From IMG/VR virus record IMGVR_UViG_3300032235_000387, positions 7,211-71,210 of that record: DNA of 64,000 bases; one strand, given 5' to 3'. The translations under genes were made by a program, and so were the position numbers. The notes below the pieces were generated by a model. The model saw only the letters and a list, made by a program, of their open reading frames with translations. It had not been told where the DNA came from and made no database searches. The first letter of the stretch is position 1, and every line of letters begins with the position of its first letter. Below, piece after piece: positions 38,404 to 47,900 of this stretch. Source of the DNA: a virus.

Positions 38404-39826
38404 GAATAAACTCTCCAAAATTATTTTTGATTTCGTTAATAAGATTTATATCTTTACTCACAACACCCAGTCCATTACAATGTCCAAAGTTAGTTTTAGG
38501 AAGATTGATTTCTTTAAAGAATCTACTCACACCAAACTTTGGATCTTCAACCATCGTATCATGCATTAGTATTATACCATTTTCTTTCACAAATGGCGAC
38601 CACTTCTCAAAATCATTCTTGACTGCTTCATAGGTATGAAGACCATCAATATGGAGAACATCAATCTGCTTATCCCAAGTTTTTACAATATCATCAAAGA
38701 ATCCTTTAATGATTGTAATGTTGTTTAAGTCAAGTTCTTTAATCTTATCATTCACATACTCATAAGTATCTCTTTCTCCCGCACAAATATCCCCCTCAAA
38801 ACTATCAATACCATAAACATGTCCAATCTCAGGAATCGCAAAACAGAATGTTGAGTATCCATAATCGACCCCAAGATCCACAATTGTTTCAGGTTGCTTA
38901 CGACGAACAATCCAATCAGCAAACCGACGATGATCTCTCCAGTTGAATAGATTCTTACTACCAACTTCCATCAATACATCAAGTTTGTTTCTTGTGTATT
39001 TGGTTTCATCAGTTTCAACATCTTCACGATACATTTCGGGTGGGAAGTATGTAAAGTATCTTTCCAGTCCTTGATTATCATACTGATGATGACGACGATA
39101 ATGAAAGCAGTGTTGTTTTGGATTACCAGTTGCCATCCAAAGTTCAAAACAATAACGATAGTTTTGCAGTTCTCGCATCATCGCTTCTACATCCATGTAC
39201 TCCTCAATCTTGATTGGATGCTTTAAAGTACGGATGTAATCGTTTCGTGCCCACCAGAAGTTTCCAGCATAGTGCTGAACCACAAAGTCAAGTTTAATAT
39301 CATGGCGTTCAACCCAATCAACTCCACAGCACTGATATCCTTCTTCAAGTTTGGCAACACAATCTTCCCACTTTTCAATATTATAATACTGCATGTAGTG
39401 TCGCCAATCTTTAATCGCACCAGGGATATGAGTTGAATAAGAACTCATTCCTTTGTTATGGAAGTAGAAAACAAACCCGTCATCTTCTTGGCAGTGCTCA
39501 TAAATCTTCGCAAGTGTTTGACCCTCATAAAGATTTGGTTGTTCTCCTGTTGGACGAATATCAATAATATTCACAAAAGGATAACGGTCTTTAATATAAC
39601 CAATAACCATTTCATCATAAGAATGCCCAGTCTTGGAGTTATACAATCCAAGAGGAAGAGTCATACACATATTAATCTTTGCCTTATCAGCAAGTCCTGA
39701 AGATTTCAACAAATCCATCTGCTCATCAATCCACCATACCCACATGTTATTAGTATCGGGAATGAATAGGTGATAAAAAACTGTGATTGATTTTGGTTTT
39801 TCTACTTGATTTCTATACTGTAACAT
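38393..39826 (-). CDS. YxHxKG-domain protein fused to class I SAM methyltransferase (Methyltransf_24-like)
   Basis: YEGQTL...YFHNKG...HYAGNFWWA...ELW; then VDLGVDYGYS...LHIDGLHTYEAVKND...HD. Confidence 0.75.
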   Translation of the reverse strand: MLQYRNQVEKPKSITVFYHLFIPDTNNMWVWWIDEQMDLLKSSGLADKAKINMCMTLPLGLYNSKTGHSYDEMVIGYIKDRYPFVNIIDIRPTGEQPNLYEGQTLAKIYEHCQEDDGFVFYFHNKGMSSYSTHIPGAIKDWRHYMQYYNIEKWEDCVAKLEEGYQCCGVDWVERHDIKLDFVVQHYAGNFWWARNDYIRTLKHPIKIEEYMDVEAMMRELQNYRYCFELWMATGNPKQHCFHYRRHHQYDNQGLERYFTYFPPEMYREDVETDETKYTRNKLDVLMEVGSKNLFNWRDHRRFADWIVRRKQPETIVDLGVDYGYSTFCFAIPEIGHVYGIDSFEGDICAGERDTYEYVNDKIKELDLNNITIIKGFFDDIVKTWDKQIDVLHIDGLHTYEAVKNDFEKWSPFVKENGIILMHDTMVEDPKFGVSRFFKEINLPKTNFGHCNGLGVVSKDINLINEIKNNFGEFIREI

Positions 39827-40526
39827 AACGCTCTCTTGGATAAGGTGCATAGTAATGATCAATCGCACTATAATGAATCGATCTTACCTTTGGACTATTG
39901 GTTGCCATCCATACTTCATAACAGAATCGATGACCCTCAAACTTTTCTGTAAACTTCTCATCATAATATAAACTTCTGTCCAGAACATTTGGAAGAGTTT
40001 TAATATAATCAGTCGTTGCCCACCAGAAATTTCCAGCAAAATGAGGATATGGATCACGAGTCCAGTTTGTCGAAACTGCATCTACCTGATCATCTTCTAA
40101 TTTTTGAATGCAGTCTTTCCATCTTTCGATGCACCAATAGTTCATATAATGACGCCAATCTCTTGTTGGGATGGTTTGGTATGAGTTTACGGCATGAAGC
40201 ATTCCTTTAGAATGAATATAAAGAACATATCCATCGTTTGTTTTTGAATATGTTTGAAGTTCTTTTAATGTTTGCCCTTCAAATAAGTTCTCCTGTTCTC
40301 CTTTACCTTCAAGGATTCTGGAAGAAAGAATATTTACAAAAGGATACTTCTGACGAACATAGATCTTGATTTCATTCACAGCATGATCTGGGCAAGCATA
40401 GCACATGTTTATGGTTGCCACATCTGCAAGACCAGATGATTTAATTAGACCAAGTTGTTCATCCAAAAACTTATCCCAGAGACTATTGATTGCCCCTAGA
40501 TGATAAAAGACTGCAAGTTTTTTCAT
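39813..40526 (-). CDS. YxHxKG-domain putative glycan-modifying protein
   Basis: FEGQTL...YIHSKG...DWRHYM...HFAGNFWWA...EVW; paralogous to the N-terminus of the downstream gene. Confidence 0.7.
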   Translation of the reverse strand: MKKLAVFYHLGAINSLWDKFLDEQLGLIKSSGLADVATINMCYACPDHAVNEIKIYVRQKYPFVNILSSRILEGKGEQENLFEGQTLKELQTYSKTNDGYVLYIHSKGMLHAVNSYQTIPTRDWRHYMNYWCIERWKDCIQKLEDDQVDAVSTNWTRDPYPHFAGNFWWATTDYIKTLPNVLDRSLYYDEKFTEKFEGHRFCYEVWMATNSPKVRSIHYSAIDHYYAPYPRERYVTV

Positions 40527-41182
40527 AATATCATATTAGTTTTCATATGTCCAACTACTATAGTTGGATCGACATAAACATCATGTCCCTTTTCTGCAAC
40601 TCGTTCACACCAATCTAGATCTTCACCAAGAGGAAGTTCATAAACGACACCATCAACTTGTTGAATAATTTTTCCAAGGCGATACCAAGGACGTTGCAGA
40701 TCTTCAAAAACTCCTTGCTTTATACAAACAAATCCAAGTCCAACTCCCCATACTTTAAAAGGATCTCCCATTTGAGCAAGAGAGAAAACTTCATCTCTAG
40801 TCATAGGGCGATGACTTTCTTTGTTTTGATGAACCATCGCATCAGCACCTTGTGCCTCAAAATAAACACCAGAAATAACATTTTTATCTGATGAATACAA
40901 TTTAAGAAAATGTTCAGGTGACCATACAATATCACTATCAATACAGAAAATTTTATCGTAAGTGTATTGTCCTTTGCCAGGTGATTTATTAAAAACTTCT
41001 AACTGACGACTTCCAGTGATTGTCGCTTCTCTTGCATTTGTAACTAAAGAAGCATATTCATTTTGAAAATGCCAAGAAATATTATTTGCCTGAAGAACTT
41101 GAATTGTTCCAAGTAATGACTTTACATACTCTGCAGTAAGTTTATTACCTGGAGTTGCAATAACAACATTAAAATGCATCAT
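40523..41182 (-). CDS. GT-A fold glycosyltransferase
   Basis: IATP...NARE...IDSDI (DxD)...GLGFVCIK..VFE...GEDL...VGH; start likely 41182. Confidence 0.75.
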   Translation of the reverse strand: MMHFNVVIATPGNKLTAEYVKSLLGTIQVLQANNISWHFQNEYASLVTNAREATITGSRQLEVFNKSPGKGQYTYDKIFCIDSDIVWSPEHFLKLYSSDKNVISGVYFEAQGADAMVHQNKESHRPMTRDEVFSLAQMGDPFKVWGVGLGFVCIKQGVFEDLQRPWYRLGKIIQQVDGVVYELPLGEDLDWCERVAEKGHDVYVDPTIVVGHMKTNMIL

Positions 41183-41895
41183 AGGATTACCATTTTTTGA
41201 TGACCGACACGAACTTTTGGATTGCACCAAATCTCAAAACCATGCTCACGAATATCTTCGCACATTGCCACATCTTCAGAACACATATCTTCAAGAACAA
41301 TTCCGTCCTCACGAATGAGTTGAACTTTCTTTGGTGCAAACCAAGGATAAGGAATTTTTTCAAAAATACCTTTCTTCATCAGAACCCAACCAAATCCACA
41401 ATATTCAATCTTGAATGGTTCTGAACGGCGTTGCATATCTTCAATAGTTTCAAAATAATAAGAACCCTTCTCTAAAAGAAGTTTCTTATCCATATCCACA
41501 ACTACTGTTGATTGATTGGATACTGGAGTTCCATTCGACTGAACATACCATCCAGTCGAAATGTCCTTATCCATCTTCAGAAGTTCTAGAAGATCTTCCG
41601 TCTTGAAGATAATATCACTATCGATCCACATGATGTAATCATAAGGAACTTGACCCCTCCAAGGAGTCAGCATGGTCCCTGCAAAGTTATCTGCCTGCAA
41701 ACAATCAGTTCTGGCAAAGTTAACCATCGAACTGTATTTTTGTGAAATATAAAAGTTGATCCCCATTTGATTCAGATCAAACAAAAGGCGGATCATCTGA
41801 GTCATAAAGGTTCCTGAATATGAAAATCCAGGAAGACAGAATGCGATTGTTTTTCCTTTGAAATCAGTCTTCGGTTGATTCGAATAATTTAGCAT
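41179..41895 (-). CDS. GT-A fold glycosyltransferase (paralogue of the downstream gene)
   Basis: NFAR...WIDSDI...GFGWVLMKKGIFE..YPWF...SEDV...VGHQK. Confidence 0.8.
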   Translation of the reverse strand: MLNYSNQPKTDFKGKTIAFCLPGFSYSGTFMTQMIRLLFDLNQMGINFYISQKYSSMVNFARTDCLQADNFAGTMLTPWRGQVPYDYIMWIDSDIIFKTEDLLELLKMDKDISTGWYVQSNGTPVSNQSTVVVDMDKKLLLEKGSYYFETIEDMQRRSEPFKIEYCGFGWVLMKKGIFEKIPYPWFAPKKVQLIREDGIVLEDMCSEDVAMCEDIREHGFEIWCNPKVRVGHQKMVIL

Positions 41896-41917
41896 AAACT
41901 AAAGTCAGATACGAATG

Positions 41918-41926
41918 ATTATAACA
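41918..41926 (-). promoter_or_regulatory. Extended -10 promoter heading the glycosyltransferase cluster
   Basis: TGTTATAAT 22 nt upstream of the first GT start codon. Confidence 0.55.
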
Positions 41927-41940
41927 TATCTAGGCACGTT

Positions 41941-44900
41941 TTACCACCAGGTTATTTTAACATATCCATTTCCACCGTCACCACCACTTCCAACTTTATT
42001 TTGTTCTTGAGAATATCCTCCACCACCTCCACCACCTCCACGAGTTCCAACACCACCATTTCCTACCACAGATTGTGTTGTAAGTGATGCGGAAGTAAGA
42101 GTCCCTGCAAGACCACCAGCAACAAAATCGGTTCCATAAATTAATGAATTAATATTAGTTGTTCCAAATCCAGAAGATCTTACAGTCCAAGCAATTGCAT
42201 CTGTTGATGTTCTGATTGATCCACTTACACCAGCAGCAACATAAATGTTACTAGTATAAGCAAGAGCATTAATCGCAGATGTACCGAATCCTGATGTTCT
42301 TAATGACCAAACAATCGTATCTGTAGAAGTAGAGATGGTTCCACTGTTACCGCCAGCAACATAAAAATTGCCATAAGTAAAGGCATTAATCGCAGTCGTA
42401 CCAAATCCAGAAGTTCTTAAAACCCAGTTAATATTATCCGTAGAGACCATAATATTATATTCATTCAAAATGTTTGTTGTTGATGCTATTGAATAAGAAC
42501 TCTCAGCATCTAAAGCAGTGATTGATATAGTATTATTTGCAACTGTTCTAGTTGTCCATGCTATTGTATCTGTAGATGCTTGTAATAATGCACCAGTACC
42601 ATAAGAACTTAGAAGAGTTTGAGTCGAGGTTGCTAAAGTACCAACAGGACCAACAATTACATAATTATTATTACCATAAGCAATAGAATTAATTGATGTA
42701 GATCCAAATCCAGAGGTTCTTAAAACCCAAGTAATACCATCAGTTGATGTTCTTTGTTGTGAAGATATAGTTGCAGTATAAAGACCATCATTATAGGTTA
42801 ATCCAAATGAGTTTATGCTAATTGATCCAAATCCAGTTGTTCTTAATACCCACTGAACAGCATTAGTAGAAGTTGCAAGATACCCAGAAGATCCAGCAAC
42901 TATAAATGTATTAGTTGGCAATGATCCATATACCGAAGATAATAATGCAATGGCAGAAGATCCAGGAGCAGTTCTTAAAGTCCAAACAATTGTATCTGTA
43001 GAAGTTACAACAGCACCAGAACCACCAGTTGCATACAAATAAATTCCATTTCCATATGTAAATGTATAAGCACTTATTGTGGATGCAGCAGTTCTTAATT
43101 CCCAAACAATATTATCAGTAGATGCTATTAAGAAACCATTAGAACTTAAGTCAGTTCCCCATGCTAGTGTATAAGAACCGGCAGAAGAAAATCCACCACT
43201 TGTACCAGTATTTAAAGTTCCTATTGGTGCAGTTCTTGTGATCCAAGATATACTATCAGTTGATGCTCTTAAGAATGCTCCGCTACCAGTAGAAGTTAAA
43301 ATCTGTTGTGTAGAAGTTGCTAAAGTTCCTGTTCTACCACCAATAACCCAGACTGTTCCATTATTTGTTACTCCACCAATTTGACTAGTTCCAAATCCCG
43401 AAGTTCGTATTTGCCAAACAATTGTATCAGTAGATATTGCCGTATTTGCATCATTAGCATCAACAGAAACTACATATAAGTTATTATTATAAGATATTTT
43501 TTGCATCAAGTTTCCTGGAACAGTTCTTATTCTCCATGATATTCCATCTGTCGATGCCAATAAAGATGTGCCAGTAGTTGTAACAAACTGATTACCATAA
43601 ATCATCCACGATGGCGACGCAGTAGCAGTCCTTATTGTCCAAGAAATACTATCAGTTGATGTAGAAACACCACCATTAACACCTAGAGCATATGTGCTTG
43701 CACCAAAAGCAGTTGTATAGTGTATAACATTTCCTCTTCCAGAAGTTCTGAATGTCCAGTTAATATTATCGGTAGATGCTATTATTCCATAATTATTTAA
43801 AGAATCTTGAGTCATTCCAAACACATAAGATCCAGAAGAATTTAAAGTCTTAATACCATTAAAATTATAAAAAGAAAGTGTATTGAGAGGAGCAGTTCTT
43901 GATATCCATGATATTGTATCTGTTGATGCTCTTATAAGTGCTCCAGCACCACCAATTAAATGTTCACCATTAAAATAAGTAGCATTAATAATTTGAGAAG
44001 TACCAAATCCTGATGTTCTTAAAGCCCAAGAAACTCCATCTGTTGATGCAGTTAGAGTTCCAGATACTCCATGAGCAATGAAATGAGATCCGCCAAAATT
44101 TACACTAAAAATATTAGTAGTTCCAAATCCTGAAGTTCTTAAAGTCCAAGTTGTAAATGCCGAGTTACCTCCAATCAAATATTCACCATTAAAATAAGAA
44201 TAAAAATTAATTCCGGTAGATCCAAATCCAGAAGTTCTAGTTATCCATGATACACCATCAGTTGATGCTCTTATAAATCCAGTTACAAAAGGAGTACCAA
44301 TCAAAAAAGAATCTCCACCATATATCACGCTAGAAATTTGACTAGTGCCAAATCCAGAAGTTCTTAAAGTCCAAGTGACATTATTTGCAGATCCTCCAAT
44401 CAGAAACTCATTGTTTCCATATCCAACTGCAGAAATACTAGTAGTACCAAATCCAGTAGTTCTTGAAAACCAATTGATATTATCAGTAGAAGAAATCAGT
44501 GCTGGTTCCGAAATATAATTTAATCCCGTCGCAACATAATAACTATTACTTGCAGATAATAACGTGATTGTCTGAATATTAGAGTTTGTTCTTAAAGTCC
44601 AAGTTATTCCATCAGTTGAAGCAGTTAGTAATCCACCATTTCCAAGATTACTTAAAGTGCTTTGAGTTGATGTTGCTACATAACCACTACCACCTACAAC
44701 AACATAGTTGGTTCCATCAGATACTATTTCATTTAAAACAACATTTGTTCCAGAAGTTCTAGTAATCCATGTAATCGTATCTGTAGAGGTTACGATCCTA
44801 CCTGTTCCGTCTCCTGCATAATAAAGATTATTATTATATAATAAAGCATGTACTGCACTTCCAGCAACTCCTAAAGATGAAGTTCTTAAAGTCCATTCAA

Positions 44901-47900
44901 TACCATTTGTTGAGGAAATTACTGAACCACTAGAACCAGAAGCAACATAAGTGTTTAATCCGTAAATCATATTTACATAATATCCACTCATAGGTGCTGT
45001 TCTTGTCACCCAAGAAATTCCGTCCGTGGATGCTCTTAAAAATGGTCCTTGACCGCCAGCATAATAACTAGAACCATCATACATACCGGACATAATACTA
45101 GATGTTCCAAATCCAGAAGTTCTTGAAACCCAAGCAATAGAATTGGTAGAAGATCTTAAAGTTCCAGAATTACCAACAGCAATATATTTTTCCGTTTCAC
45201 CAGATCCATAAGAAATAGATCCAATCCATAAAGAACCAAACCCAGAAGTTCTTAAGGTCCAAGAGATTGTATCTGTTGAAGTAAGAAGACCACCAGCTGT
45301 TACAGCACCACCCGTGATAAAGTAATTAGTTCCATCATAAATTCCACCCATAGTATCATTAAAAGGTGCTATAGCAGGAGATGTTCTTGCTGTCCAGGTC
45401 ACACCATCAGTTGATGCTCTTAAGAAACCACTAGAGTTTACGGAAGCAACATAAAGACCATTTCCATAAATTAATCCTTGTATTGAGGAACTACCAAATC
45501 CAGAAGTTCTCAAAATCCAAGAAATCGTTGGTGAAAATCCACCAGCAACGTAGTTCCCATTACCATATGCAAGAGAACCAATCGCGGTTGAACCAAATCC
45601 AGAAGTTCTCAAATACCAACTATTAATTCCAGTCGAAAGTGCTCCACCTCCACCTCCACCAGATCCATAAGATCCAGTATGAGATACTGGAATACCATTT
45701 GAACCTGCACCACCAGAAGCACTTCCTGCAGTATTATAAGTATTTCCGTAATAATATGTGAGAGAGTTTCCACCTTCTCTTGTATTATATGCACCTCCAG
45801 CACCACCAGTAACTTGAAATGCATTTACTTGCGTTACATTATTTGCATTTGTCCATCCAGTTAATCCAGCACCACCAGCAAGACCAGCAGTTGTATAAAG
45901 TGGATTTAAAGTCGCAGCTGCCGCCGCACCCGCACTACCTGCAGTTACAGCAGATGGGGATGCTCCAGTTCCACCAGAAGATGTGAGTGTATAAGTTGCG
46001 GTCCCTGTTGGTGTATTTCCAGTCCAAGTCACGGTTGTATTTGCACCAGATGTAGGAGAATTTGATAATCCTACTCCACCAGCAAGAAAAACAGTTCCAT
46101 AGGTAAGTCCATGAAGAGCAGATAATCTACTGTTATTATTTGTTCTTAAAGACCAAGTAATTGCATCAGTTGATGTCCAAGTATTAGTTCCGTATTGATT
46201 AACAAAAATTCCATAATCAGAATTGTAAATTACACGGTAAGATCCATTTTGCCCACAAGTTCTAATTGTCCATCTAATTGTATCTGTGGAACTTGAAATT
46301 TTATTAAATGACGCCGCAACATGAATTCCATTACCATATGCCAAATTATTAAGTTGCTCTGCACCAATTCCAGATGTTCTTGCAGTCCAACGGATTGCAT
46401 CTGTTGATACAAAAATATTACCATTGAGATCTCCAACAACATATTGAGTTGAAGTAGAAGATCCATAATTTGAAGAAAGTATTGAACTTGATCCACCAAC
46501 GGTTCTAATTGTCCAGGTTATAGCATCTGGACTTGTCATTATTGCCCCATTGAGACCAGTCATAACATATGTTCCACTTGGTTCAGTACCATACATTAAA
46601 GAATATGCGGTGCTATTTGGAATTCCGCTAACTCTTATGGACCAAACAATTGCATCAGTAGATGTTCCATAATAAGACGGAAATGCCCCAGCATCGGATG
46701 CAAAAACATATAATGATCCACCATAAATTAAGTTTATACCACTTCCCAAATTTCTACCAATATTCGTTGTTCCAAATCCCGAAGTTCTTAAAATCCATGT
46801 TTCCGTATCAGCGGATGTTGCAATCGTTCCAGAATTTCCAACTGCAACATAAAGAGAGTTCCCATATACAAGGTGGTTGATTGCCGTTGTTCCAAAAGCA
46901 CTATTTGTTTTTGTCCAAACAATTGCATCAGTACTAGCAATCATAGTTTGAATAGTACCACCTGTTCCCCCAGCACCTGGAGTTACTGTAATAGATGAAG
47001 CACTTCCAAGTTCTGGGCGGCGAATCAACCAAGAGTTATAAGCACCAGATCCTCCACCACCTCCAGATCCAATAGTTCCACTATTTCTTCCAGATGCTCC
47101 ACCACCACCACCACCGATTGCTTCAATATAAAACTGTGTTGCAGTTGGAGGAATATTAAATGTTTGTGCTCCAGAAGTTGTAAATTCTTGATAACCTTTA
47201 TAAGTTACAGGAGCATATGATGTTACTACTGAATTAATTGGTTGCCAAATCTTTTGATTGATCTGAGATAGTCCAATAAATCCAGAAGATGCTCCATAAA
47301 GAAACTGACTATTTGTTACATAAAGAGAAGCATTAACTGCATTTGTAGTATTTGATGTTCTTAAAGTCCAAGTAATCGCATCCGTAGAATAAGTAATCGT
47401 TCCTGATGCACCAAAGGCAAAATAAACATTATTACCATAAACTAGAGTATTGATTGCAGAAGTACCAAATCCTGATGTCCTTAAAGTCCATGTAATACTA
47501 TCAGTTGAAGTATTTAAGATTCCAGTATTTCCACCAGCAACATAAACAGAACCATAAGTAAAGGCATTAATCACAGTTACACCAAATCCAGAAGTTCTTA
47601 AAACCCAGTTAATATTATCTGTAGAAACATTTAAGAAACTAACTCCGCCACTATAATCAGTTCCATGTGCAAAAGCATAAGAACCTTCATAATCTAATAG
47701 TGTTATTGTTTGTGTACCAAGTGATGCAGTTCTTGTAATCCACGTTATAGTATCTGTTGATGCTCTTAAGAGTGCTCCATCACCTAAATTAGATAATGTT
47801 TGTTGTGTTGCTGTTGATACATATCCAGAATTACCTACAACAACATAATTGGTTCCATCAGATTCTATTTTAGATATATAATTTGATGTTCCAGAAGTTC

